Assembly: GCA_041674285.1 (NCBI GenBank)
Contig: JBAYVZ010000003.1
Span: 20,606 to 84,605, forward strand
Source: Minisyncoccota bacterium
GTDB taxonomy: Bacteria > Patescibacteriota > Minisyncoccia > Phycocordibacterales > UBA9973
Direction: 5' to 3'
Length of the DNA stretch: 64,000 nt
The translations under genes and the position numbers were made by a program. The notes beneath the pieces are model-generated. The model worked only from the letters and a program-made list of their open reading frames with translations. It did no database searches and had not been told where the DNA came from. Below, piece by piece: positions 1 through 8,576 of the stretch (its first letter is position 1; the number at the start of each line of letters is the position of its first letter).

Positions 1-2
1 TA

Positions 3-113
3 GAGACTGCTCGCAATGAAGCGATAGCACTAATTCAAAAAGATCCAAAACTCTCATCGTCACCTATCCTGCTACAAACTGTCGAACAAAAAAATATAAC
101 AATGCATTTTGAA
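3..113 (+). CDS. 3' end of an unidentified CDS (C-terminal ~36 aa), ends at TAA 111-113
   Basis: Frame 3 is open from the window edge to TAA; followed by a terminator hairpin. No recognisable motif. Confidence 0.25.
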
Positions 114-120
114 TAAAATA

Positions 121-152
121 AAACACCTCGACCTAGGTCGGGGTGTTTTATT
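121..152. terminator. bidirectional rho-independent terminator hairpin (ACACCTCGACC/GGTCGGGGTGT) with flanking A/T runs
   Basis: Perfect stem-loop between convergent gene ends. Confidence 0.5.
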
Positions 153-167
153 GATAGAATTATTTTA

Positions 168-629
168 TTAGAAATGCATAAAACCTTTACCTTTTCCTTG
201 CTTACCCTTGCCCTTCTTGTCTTTCATCTCTGTCATCTTTTTTTGCATAGTAGATAGTCTTGTATCAGCCTGAGCCTGAGTGATCACACCCTTTGATACT
301 AGTGCCTGGAGCTGTTCCTTCATCTTTGTAGCATGAGTTGCTTGCATCTTTGCTTTTAATGCTTCCTCTGTTACCCCTTTTGTCTTGGCTAATTCAATAA
401 ATGAAATCCCCTTTGCCCATGCATCTTTTACTTCATCTGCCGTAGCACCGATCAGTGTCGCATGCTCGGCAAACATCGTAGAATGATTTGTAGCTATCTG
501 ATCTGGAGTTAAATTCTTGTTAAATCCTCCACCCATTCCCCCACCAAATGCAGATGCACTACCAGCAGAGAGTAGCATAGCCAGAGCCAATGCAGACACA
601 CTATAACCTAGTATTTTCTTTTTATTCAT
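168..629 (-). CDS. small secreted protein (Sec signal peptide, Gly-rich N-terminal region, KGKGKQGKGKG tail); start taken at MNKKKILGYS (alternative upstream start at 710)
   Basis: Signal peptide LALAMLLSAGSASA; last gene of the ECF-sigma operon. Confidence 0.5.
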   Translation of the reverse strand: MNKKKILGYSVSALALAMLLSAGSASAFGGGMGGGFNKNLTPDQIATNHSTMFAEHATLIGATADEVKDAWAKGISFIELAKTKGVTEEALKAKMQATHATKMKEQLQALVSKGVITQAQADTRLSTMQKKMTEMKDKKGKGKQGKGKGFMHF

Positions 630-713
630 AATTTTATATTTATTATTATTAATGTACGATGATATCTTTCGTACATATATTATTACAATGATAGATATAA
701 AATATTTCAAAAA

Positions 714-1277
714 TTATTCAATTACTGCTCTTGGCATTTTTTCCATTCTCCTGTCAAATCTCTCTATTTTCTTTTTCTCTTTTATATCTCCACGATAGTA
801 TTTATGCATAGGACCTATCACCGGTGGACGTCTATCCTCTCCAATACGAGCCAGCCGAAAATTCACATCAAACATATGCACCACAAAACCAATTAGTACA
901 ACTAAACTTACTAAGCCAAATAAAATATAAGCCAATGGTTTTTTATAAACAAAAGCATGATCTTTGACTAGTACATACAGCACCATGACAAGTGTTATAG
1001 ATAACATCACTATAATCCATGGGATAGATGTCATGAGCATCTTCATCCCCCGTGGACTCAAATCAAATAGATTAAATAAATCTTTTTCATGCAAAACAAG
1101 ACCAATAAAACTAAGCAAGTATACGGTCGCAAAGAACACCACACTCACGAGCAATATATTTAAAACAATCTTCAGCATAAAATACCATCGTGGCTTCATG
1201 TGTATCTTGCCAGATTTTATTGATTCGATTATATTCTCTTGTATTGATTTGTGTTCCATATTATTTTTCATATACAA
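714..1277 (-). CDS. multi-pass membrane protein, possible anti-sigma factor partner of the upstream ECF sigma
   Basis: 3-4 predicted TM helices; 17-nt overlap with the ECF sigma gene (translational coupling). Confidence 0.4.
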   Translation of the reverse strand: MYMKNNMEHKSIQENIIESIKSGKIHMKPRWYFMLKIVLNILLVSVVFFATVYLLSFIGLVLHEKDLFNLFDLSPRGMKMLMTSIPWIIVMLSITLVMVLYVLVKDHAFVYKKPLAYILFGLVSLVVLIGFVVHMFDVNFRLARIGEDRRPPVIGPMHKYYRGDIKEKKKIERFDRRMEKMPRAVIE

Positions 1278-1833
1278 AATTATTATCTTTTAATATTTCC
1301 CTTAGTTTATCTTTCCCTCTTTTTATACGTACCCCTACCGTGGACACCGGGATCTCGAGCACTTGAGATATCTCCCGATAGTCCATATCTTCAAAGAAAT
1401 ACAATATCATCGGTTCTCTGTATTTCGGATCAATTTCTTTGAGGTGCTTATCTAGTAATTTAGAAGTGAATTCTTTTTCAGAAAAATCATCCGCCGTCTC
1501 GGTCGCCACAGGCTGTGGGAAGAATGTATCCAGATCAAGAGAAAATATACGAGAAGAAAGCTTTTTCTTTAGAGCGTTCACAAATTCATTGTGGGCTATA
1601 CGATATATCCACGGGGAAAAAATCTTGCTATTATCAAAACTTTGAATATTTGTATAAGCTTTTATAAACACATCCTGAACGAGATCGTCTGTATCTGATC
1701 TATCGAATAGGAATTTACGAGAATACCTTTTGAGTTTGGCCTCGTATCTATCTACCAATTCTCGGAAACTCTCAATATCCCCTGCTTTTACTAGTAGGAC
1801 AATCTGCTCATCTGTTTTATCAGAATGTATCAT
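1261..1833 (-). CDS. RNA polymerase sigma-70 factor, ECF subfamily
   Basis: Region 2 (DLVQDVFIKAY...WIYRIAHNEF) and region 4 (DYREISQVLEIPVSTVGVRIKRG) motifs. Confidence 0.8.
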   Translation of the reverse strand: MIHSDKTDEQIVLLVKAGDIESFRELVDRYEAKLKRYSRKFLFDRSDTDDLVQDVFIKAYTNIQSFDNSKIFSPWIYRIAHNEFVNALKKKLSSRIFSLDLDTFFPQPVATETADDFSEKEFTSKLLDKHLKEIDPKYREPMILYFFEDMDYREISQVLEIPVSTVGVRIKRGKDKLREILKDNNFVYEK

Positions 1834-1869
1834 TAATATATATTACAACTTAAAGTGGATTTTATTTCA

Positions 1870-3021
1870 TTAGTGGCTATGCCCATGAGAATGAGAGTGG
1901 CCAGTTTGACCCTTGAATGTTCGTCCATGTAGCATCCATACAGATATAAATGTAGTGATCGGGATAGCCAATATCAAACCTATAGAACCTATGAGGGTGC
2001 GGATTATCTCTGAGGCAAACATCTCGCGGTTGATCAATGATATAGATGAACCAAAATTTGGAAAAGAAAAAAGCACGAGCAGTGGTAGTGCTACACCTAC
2101 GTAGGCAATAGCAAGTGTATTCACCAGTGCCCCGATATGTTCCCGGCCGATACGCAGTGATCTAGCAAATACATATGATTTTGATAATTTTGGATCAGCC
2201 CTCCAGAGCTCCTCTACAGACACAGCTTGGCCTATCGCACTATCATATAGTACACCGAGCAATCCAATGATAATCCCACTCAGTAGTAAGCCCTGCAGAT
2301 TGAGTGTACCCCTAGTATTTAAAGCTAGATACGTAGCCTCGTCAGAATCCATACCAGACAGACTAGCGACATGCACTGCTATATAGGCTAGTACTCCGGT
2401 GATCAATACTGTGACGATCATCCCGAGAACTGCACTAGAGGTAGTACGATTGAATCCGTGCGTCACATATGACCCGACTACGATGATGAGCGACGCCACC
2501 ACTGAGCTGACTAGAAATGGTGAAGACCCTGCCACTATCTCCGGGATAAGAATATAAAAAATTAATAGCAATCCACCAATCAGAGAGAGCAGACCACGTA
2601 TACCCTGCCATCCACCAAATATCACAGTTAGAACAACAAACAAGACAGTAAAAAATATTATGTACGGCATACGATTCACATCAGATACGGCATAGATAAT
2701 TTTCCCACTATCATACCTAGTTATCTTACGAGCATAAAATTTTTCTCCTTCTTCTAATTGAAGATAGTCATTCTCAAATATTACGTCATTCTCTGTGCCA
2801 TCCTCTTCGTAGATACGAGCTCTTATCCTCTGAGAATCAGACTCCTCGTCCAGGCCCGGCAATACAGTCTTGCCACTGGACATGATTTCTAGAACTTTAG
2901 CTTTTAGTATCTCCTCTTTGTCTGACTGAATAGTAGCCCCACTCACTAGTACTGGAGATAGAGAAAAAGAAATCAGAAATATAATAAAAATATTTTTTAA
3001 GCTTTTGAGCATTTTTTGCAT
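1870..3021 (-). CDS. YibE/F family membrane protein with His-rich C-terminus (HSHSHGHSH)
   Basis: N-terminal signal/soluble domain followed by a polytopic TM core typical of YibE/F; sits in a metal-homeostasis cluster. Confidence 0.5.
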   Translation of the reverse strand: MQKMLKSLKNIFIIFLISFSLSPVLVSGATIQSDKEEILKAKVLEIMSSGKTVLPGLDEESDSQRIRARIYEEDGTENDVIFENDYLQLEEGEKFYARKITRYDSGKIIYAVSDVNRMPYIIFFTVLFVVLTVIFGGWQGIRGLLSLIGGLLLIFYILIPEIVAGSSPFLVSSVVASLIIVVGSYVTHGFNRTTSSAVLGMIVTVLITGVLAYIAVHVASLSGMDSDEATYLALNTRGTLNLQGLLLSGIIIGLLGVLYDSAIGQAVSVEELWRADPKLSKSYVFARSLRIGREHIGALVNTLAIAYVGVALPLLVLFSFPNFGSSISLINREMFASEIIRTLIGSIGLILAIPITTFISVWMLHGRTFKGQTGHSHSHGHSH

Positions 3022-3422
3022 AGACCAAATAATTCAAATGAATGACTGTTTATCGACGCAAAATCTTTGGCCTGAGACAGGGCCTTCTTTATCAAATCAC
3101 TAGACCCGCAACCTACGAAATCCGAGACTTTTTTGCATGAAGTACATACAATGTGATGGTGGTCATGCTTTTCATCTACTAGCTCAAAATAAGGAACAGA
3201 ATCCTGAAGGTCTACTTGTCGTACCAATCCTGCTTCTTTAAAAGATGACACGATACGATACAATGTCACTTCGTGAGCATTTGACGATTTTATCTTACTA
3301 GCAATATCCTTTAATGTTAAAGGTTGATGAAAAGAATGAAAAATACTAAACAACTCAAGCCTTTGGTCTGTGGCTTTTAGATTTTTATCTCTTAAAATAT
3401 TCTTTAATTCTTCCAAATTCAT
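2997..3422 (-). CDS. Fur family transcriptional regulator (Zur-like)
   Basis: N-terminal wHTH (KxTxQR...); HDHHH and CxxC...CxxC metal sites. Confidence 0.75.
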   Translation of the reverse strand: MNLEELKNILRDKNLKATDQRLELFSIFHSFHQPLTLKDIASKIKSSNAHEVTLYRIVSSFKEAGLVRQVDLQDSVPYFELVDEKHDHHHIVCTSCKKVSDFVGCGSSDLIKKALSQAKDFASINSHSFELFGLCKKCSKA

Positions 3423-3459
3423 CTTCTAATTATACAACAAACAGTAAAATACAGGGAGC

Positions 3460-4200
3460 CTAACCTATAAACACCTGGGATTCATCATGGTGATCATCCT
3501 CACCCCCATGAGTATGAGGCACGAGCACCAATGACATAGTCAATAAAAATGCACCTAGCAAGAATCCTAAGAGATAATCCTTTGTATATTTAGCATGGGA
3601 CAAATCTTGGAAAACTTTCCAAGATACGATACCAGCAGAAACTGCTATCAGTATTGGCTCCACCACTTCACCCACATCTCCACTTATAAACAAGGTTGCG
3701 AAAATAGACAATGATATGAAGATAGAAAAGAACAAAGCACGAATAGGCTTTACACCACTCTCTACTAGGAGTACCTGTTGGCCAAATTGCTGAATAGTCT
3801 GATGCCCCAATATCCCAAACATAGCTACGAATCCCCCTGCAGAAACAGCAATACCATCTACTGCATTGTGGAATATATCAGAAATAAAGATTCTTATTGT
3901 ACTTGTTTTATTGTGTATATGCTTTGATTCTGATTCAGAGTGGTGATGGTGGAATTCTTTTACGAATAGTCCGATAAAGAAACTCCCCAGTAATCCAGCT
4001 CCATACCAAGTGATAGTCCCCTGCAATCCAGAGTCCGCCAATGATTCACGAACGAGGAGGACAATAAGTGCTAGATATACACCTATGGCAAAACCCCGAA
4101 CCCAATCCTTTTGGAAAAAAGATGGATTCTTTGGTAAAAAGAAAACTAATAATGCGGGTAATATACCAGCTAGAAACAATTGAATAAATAAAATACTCAT
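3460..4200 (-). CDS. ZIP family divalent metal (zinc) transporter, ZupT-like
   Basis: HHHH-rich loop and HNAVDG motif; directly downstream of the Fur/Zur gene. Confidence 0.65.
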   Translation of the reverse strand: MSILFIQLFLAGILPALLVFFLPKNPSFFQKDWVRGFAIGVYLALIVLLVRESLADSGLQGTITWYGAGLLGSFFIGLFVKEFHHHHSESESKHIHNKTSTIRIFISDIFHNAVDGIAVSAGGFVAMFGILGHQTIQQFGQQVLLVESGVKPIRALFFSIFISLSIFATLFISGDVGEVVEPILIAVSAGIVSWKVFQDLSHAKYTKDYLLGFLLGAFLLTMSLVLVPHTHGGEDDHHDESQVFIG

Positions 4201-4338
4201 AATTTAAATACAATAATATTAATATATTTGAGTATAATCTAAATGCAATTTTTTTGCAAGTAGAAAAATTACCATTCGCTCTTAATTTAAATCTTCCATA
4301 GAGTTTAATAAAGATAGTAAGGATGAAAAATACAAATA

Positions 4339-5091
4339 TTAGTTTTTATATTTATATATTTTACCATTTTTAAGATCCACAACAGTATCAGCAAGAGAAC
4401 CCCAAGTGAAAGGAATGTTCAACCTGTCTGCAGAACTTTCAATAGTTATTTCATCAAGGTAAATTTCGTCACCATATGTTTCAGATAAATTGTTATATTC
4501 ATGTTTATCTTTATATTGAGTATAAATTGGTATTTCATTTAAAATACAATACGCAATAAGCTCCCCGGGGATAGTGGTACCGACTACCGCATCTTTTCCT
4601 TTTGGTGTTTTAAATTTATATTCATTATATTCATCATTTAGATAAACTTGTTTTGGATAGAAATGAGATTGTTCCAATATTTTTTTAAATTTCTTATTTT
4701 TTGGTCCCATTATTACAAGAATTGATTCTGGGTTTTTTGTTACCCATGGATTTCCACCAAAGAAAGTTGGAATATCATTATGAAAACGGAGCTTAGCTTC
4801 AAGACTAAATTCAACATTCTTTCCCGCTTGCTGTGATGCACTACCCCAAACATGATTAGGATGTGCATGATCTAAAAATTTTCCATCAGTCATTTTATCT
4901 AATAAGTTAAATAATTTTTCAGTAGATTCAAGCTGCTCTTTTTGAGCTTCATAAATACTCAAAAAACCGTTACCAATTTTTTGATAATAATCCTTTATCT
5001 CTTTTATAGTTTCCTCTGGAATTTTTTCTATATTAAAAGCACTTTTTTCAAGGCTATTTTTGCTTGGTTTTGGAAATTGATCAAATTTCAT
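4339..5091 (-). CDS. hypothetical protein (start moved to MKFDQF so as not to overlap the tRNA)
   Basis: The long ORF 4339..5154 overlaps the tRNA; an internal ATG at 5091 gives 250 aa. No recognised family. Confidence 0.4.
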   Translation of the reverse strand: MKFDQFPKPSKNSLEKSAFNIEKIPEETIKEIKDYYQKIGNGFLSIYEAQKEQLESTEKLFNLLDKMTDGKFLDHAHPNHVWGSASQQAGKNVEFSLEAKLRFHNDIPTFFGGNPWVTKNPESILVIMGPKNKKFKKILEQSHFYPKQVYLNDEYNEYKFKTPKGKDAVVGTTIPGELIAYCILNEIPIYTQYKDKHEYNNLSETYGDEIYLDEITIESSADRLNIPFTWGSLADTVVDLKNGKIYKYKN

Positions 5092-5095
5092 CTTG

Positions 5096-5169
5096 TCCGC
5101 CTGCTTGGATTCGAACCAAGGACCCCAGAGGTATAAGCTCTGTGCTCTAACCAACTGAGCTACAGGCGG
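5096..5169 (-). tRNA. tRNA with anticodon UAU (Ile-like body; would read AUA); CCA not encoded
   Basis: Cloverleaf read by hand: acceptor CCGCCTG/CAGGCGG, D-arm GCTCAGTTGGTTAGAGC, anticodon stem CAGAG/CTCTG with loop CTTATAC, T-arm CTTGG-TTCGAAT-CCAAG. Confidence 0.7.
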
Positions 5170-5217
5170 ATCTTAATCCCTACATACTAACAAAAATATA
5201 GGGATTAGTAAACAGAA

Positions 5218-7116
5218 CTAAACGGTTATAATTTCTGGATCTTTTAATTTCGGCTTTATTCCATGCTCAATTATTATCTTGTTGTATTCATCTTGCTCGA
5301 GAGTCTCTACCTCTATCAATTTCTTTGCTATAGCATCTAATATATGACGGTTCTCGGATAGGACCTTGCGGGCTACTTCTAGTGAATCATCCATAATTTT
5401 TTTCACTTCGCCATCTATCACCGCGCTCATCTTTTCAGAATACTCCTTATCATTCACTCCACGGCCGAACAAGGTCTTGCCTCCATCACTCTCGAGAGCT
5501 ATCGGACCGATACTATCACTCATACCCCATCGTGTGACCATAGCACGAGCTAGATTCGTTGCGACTTGTAGATCATTTGAAGGACCAGTAGTTATATCCC
5601 CTAGTATCATCTCCTCGGCTACATATCCACCGAGTGACATTGCTATATCATCGAGGAATTCTTTTTTACTTTGTAGCTTTCGATCTTCTAGTGGGAGCTT
5701 TAATGTATATCCACCAGCGCGTCCACGAGACACTATAGATGCTTTGTGAACTGGATCTGCGTATGGGAGTACTGATGCTACTAGTGCATGTCCTGCCTCG
5801 TGATATGCAGTGATTTCTTTTTCAGCTTTTGAGAGGAGGTGACTCTTGCGCTCTGGGCCCATCATCACCTTTTCAATAGAACGTATCAAATCATTTTGAG
5901 CTACAGTCTTGCGCTCTTCACGAGCAGCGAGGATCGCAGATTCATTCATCAGTGAGTACAAGTCGGCGCCAGAGAATCCGGGAGTTCTTTCTGCTATCAC
6001 CTTTAGATTCACATCTTCTGCAAATGGCTTCTTGCGAGCGTGGATAGAGAGTATCGCTTCACGATCAGATCGGTCAGGTAGGTCTAGAGTCACCCTACGA
6101 TCAAACCGACCTGGGCGTAGAAGTGCTGGATCGAGGACATCTGATCTATTTGTAGCAGCCATCACTATCACCTTTTCTGTCGGCTCGAATCCATCCATCT
6201 CCACTAGTATCTGATTGAGTGTCTGCTCACGTTCATCATTGCCGCCGCCGACACCCGTACCACGCACACGACCTACTGCATCTATCTCGTCGATAAATAC
6301 GATAGATGGTGAAGCCTTCTTGGCCATCTTGAATAGATCACGCACACGACTTGCTCCGACACCGACGAACATCTCTACGAATTCAGATCCAGACAGGTGG
6401 AAGAATGGCACCTCTGCCTCCCCTGCTACTGCACGAGCAAGCAGTGTCTTTCCAGTACCTGGATGTCCTGTGAGTAGTACTCCCTTTGGAATCTGCGCAC
6501 CGATATCTAGAAACTTTTTTGGATTCTTTAAAAAATCTACGATTTCTTCGAGCTCCTGCTTTGCCTCCTTTGCACCGGCCACATCTTTGAATGTTACTTT
6601 ATTTTTCTTGTCATCAGGATTTGTAATTCTTGCTTTTGATTGTCCAAAAGTAAAAGCTTGCATACCCTGCCCCTTGGCCTGGCGAGTCATCATCCATAGG
6701 AAGAATCCGATCAGTAGTACTGGCAATAGGAATGGCAAAATATTCATTAGCCAATACGTAAATCCACTCTCAGTCTTTACCTCTATCGGAGTAGTTGCCA
6801 ATTTTTCTGGAGTCACTCCATAGCGAGTCAGAGTTTCGGACATTGAATTCTCTAATTCCTTCTTTGTCTCACCCACTGTCTTGTCTTTGAATGTGACATT
6901 TACATCACTACCAGAGACCTCGATCTTCTCGATAGTGCCAGCATTTACCCCACTTGCCACATCGGCAATAGTCAGCTTCTTTACCTCTACCCCTGGTTTT
7001 GAGAGTGCACTGTAGGCAAGAGTTATCGCTACAAATATAAATATAGCTATAAAGATTTGTTGGCCAAATTTCGGTAATTGTTGTTTATTTTTCGATGTTT
7101 TTTTATTATTATCCAT
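5218..7116 (-). CDS. ftsH: ATP-dependent zinc metalloprotease FtsH
   Basis: N-terminal TMs; AAA Walker A GHPGTGKT; SRH; HEAGHAL zinc site. Confidence 0.95.
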   Translation of the reverse strand: MDNNKKTSKNKQQLPKFGQQIFIAIFIFVAITLAYSALSKPGVEVKKLTIADVASGVNAGTIEKIEVSGSDVNVTFKDKTVGETKKELENSMSETLTRYGVTPEKLATTPIEVKTESGFTYWLMNILPFLLPVLLIGFFLWMMTRQAKGQGMQAFTFGQSKARITNPDDKKNKVTFKDVAGAKEAKQELEEIVDFLKNPKKFLDIGAQIPKGVLLTGHPGTGKTLLARAVAGEAEVPFFHLSGSEFVEMFVGVGASRVRDLFKMAKKASPSIVFIDEIDAVGRVRGTGVGGGNDEREQTLNQILVEMDGFEPTEKVIVMAATNRSDVLDPALLRPGRFDRRVTLDLPDRSDREAILSIHARKKPFAEDVNLKVIAERTPGFSGADLYSLMNESAILAAREERKTVAQNDLIRSIEKVMMGPERKSHLLSKAEKEITAYHEAGHALVASVLPYADPVHKASIVSRGRAGGYTLKLPLEDRKLQSKKEFLDDIAMSLGGYVAEEMILGDITTGPSNDLQVATNLARAMVTRWGMSDSIGPIALESDGGKTLFGRGVNDKEYSEKMSAVIDGEVKKIMDDSLEVARKVLSENRHILDAIAKKLIEVETLEQDEYNKIIIEHGIKPKLKDPEIITV

Positions 7117-7233
7117 CCCGTTAGAGATAGGTAATGCTTACATTACCGTATCTTATTAATATATATTAAAAATACGACATTCATTTTATAAATCACCCAA
7201 AATTAGAAAGATAACAAGCACATCTCTAACGGG
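7117..7233 (-). promoter_or_regulatory. structured 5' leader element, copy A (12-bp long-range stem CCCGTTAGAGAT/ATCTCTAACGGG enclosing the hairpin GGTAATG-CTTA-CATTACC), directly abutting the ftsH ATG
   Basis: One of three copies of the same architecture (others at 14029-14147 and 28018-28134), with compensatory changes in the stems. Confidence 0.55.
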
Positions 7234-7484
7234 AGACATAAGTCTTTGTATTATATAGTACAAAGGCCTATTTGACAAAATAACTCAAAAGGTGTATAAT
7301 ATACTCAAATGACAGACAATAAAGAACCTCATTTCTTTGCCACAACAGGCAAACAAATGAGTTTAGCTGCACTCGCAACAATAATAGTAGTAATACTATT
7401 TCTGGCCTTCTGCGGCTAACCGGAAAATCTTGGACTGCCATTTATGAGCAGTCCAATTTTGATTATTGTGCTAATATATAAAAT

Positions 7485-7925
7485 ATGGTCACATTTATAG
7501 ACAATAGAAAAGCGCACTTCAATTATGAGGTGATAGAAAAGTTTGAAGCCGGAGTAGAGCTCCTAGGCTTTGAAGTCAAATCTATCCGAGCTGGGATGGT
7601 CAATCTCGCAGGGGCATTTTGTATTGTACGAGGTGGCGAGGTGTACCTGATGGGTATGCATGTCACGCCATATCAAGCCAAGAATACTCCACTTGATTAT
7701 TCACCTGATCGAAACCGCAAACTTTTATTGAATAAAAAAGAAATAAAAGAATTGGGCGATGCAGATAAATCAAAAGGTTTGACTCTAATTCCCCTATCGC
7801 TATATAGTAAGGGGCGTACGATCAAGCTCGAGCTAGGAATCGCAAAGGGTAAAAAATTGCATGACAAGCGCGAGAGTATCAAGAAGAGAGACACTGATCG
7901 TGAGATCAGACGAGAGTATAAATAG
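7485..7925 (+). CDS. smpB: SsrA-binding protein SmpB
   Basis: Conserved SmpB sequence (NRKAHFNYEV...GxEVKS...); followed by the tmRNA. Confidence 0.9.
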   Translation: MVTFIDNRKAHFNYEVIEKFEAGVELLGFEVKSIRAGMVNLAGAFCIVRGGEVYLMGMHVTPYQAKNTPLDYSPDRNRKLLLNKKEIKELGDADKSKGLTLIPLSLYSKGRTIKLELGIAKGKKLHDKRESIKKRDTDREIRREYK

Positions 7926-7956
7926 TTTGAAAGTTTTCTTTGAGAAATAAATATTT

Positions 7957-8343
7957 GGGACTGACGGGCTTCGATAGGAAGTGCCATCATACTTGTGCAT
8001 GTAGAGTCCGCAGGAATCTCTTTAAACTTCTTGCAAAAGACTAAGTGCAAATAAAGTCGCTGCGGTAAAATCTCCATACGCTGGAAATTTTGCTTTCTCA
8101 TTCGCTTAATTATTTAAGCCCGTGAGATGTCAGGCTTATCGACATCCGATAAATAAGCTCTGGCATAATATATCGGGTTACGGAATATAGACAGCTTGAC
8201 TATATTCCCTACAATTAAGAGCTCGGTATGTATTCGTATTTCTTATTCTCTAGGATACATATTTAAAACCAATCGAATAAGATAAACATGTAGACTCATT
8301 TATGAACATTTTTTACACGGCGGTTCAACTCCGCCCAGTTCCA
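7957..8343 (+). ncRNA. ssrA: tmRNA (ssrA); tag reading frame ends ...AGNFAFSFA-TAA
   Basis: 5' GGGACTGACGGGCTTCGA; 3' T-arm GGCGGTTCAACTCCGCC and acceptor CAGTTCC with G3:U70 pair; tag ORF ends AFSFA*, a Mycoplasma-type non-ALAA tag. Confidence 0.8.
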
Positions 8344-8358
8344 CACGTAAAAACATTT

Positions 8359-8386
8359 GCACCCATCAGGGTGCTTTTGTTTTTTG
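8359..8386 (+). terminator. rho-independent terminator after ssrA (GCACCC-ATCA-GGGTGC + T-run)
   Basis: Hairpin followed by TTTTGTTTTTTG. Confidence 0.6.
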
Positions 8387-8508
8387 TGTGGAACTGAACG
8401 AGCAAACTACTTTTCTCGTGTGGCGGAGGTGAAAGACTTTTCATTATTTTGTATCAACAAAATTGAAAAGTACCTGCCGATGTAGTCGGCAACAAGCGTA
8501 CTCGCGGT

Positions 8509-8538
8509 CCGCAGTTCCACAATTTAAAACATTTGCAC
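8509..8538 (+). repeat. truncated duplicate of the ssrA 3' end (cagttccaca..taaaaacatttgcaccca), 28 of 30 nt identical to 8336-8365; att-like remnant
   Basis: Direct repeat about 170 bp downstream of the intact tmRNA 3' end; an inverted 11-mer gtgtggaactg lies at 8387-8397. Confidence 0.5.
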
Positions 8539-8576
8539 CCATTTGGGGCGCTAATGTTTTGTAGTATAATCCCCAT

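Noticed and set aside
4339-5154. Full-length ORF 4339..5154 including an MVRAQSLYLWGPWFESKQADK N-terminus
   Set aside because: The N-terminal 63 nt overlap the well-formed tRNA at 5096-5169. The start was moved to the internal ATG at 5091.
5366-6823. Three long plus-strand ORFs (5366-5749, 5909-6214, 6215-6823)
   Set aside because: They lie fully antisense within ftsH and are Ser/Pro/Arg-rich with no motifs. They are shadow ORFs of a GC-richer coding region.
7957-8343. Two-piece (permuted) tmRNA
   Set aside because: The 5' acceptor half, tag region and 3' T-arm/acceptor are colinear in standard order, so it is a one-piece tmRNA.
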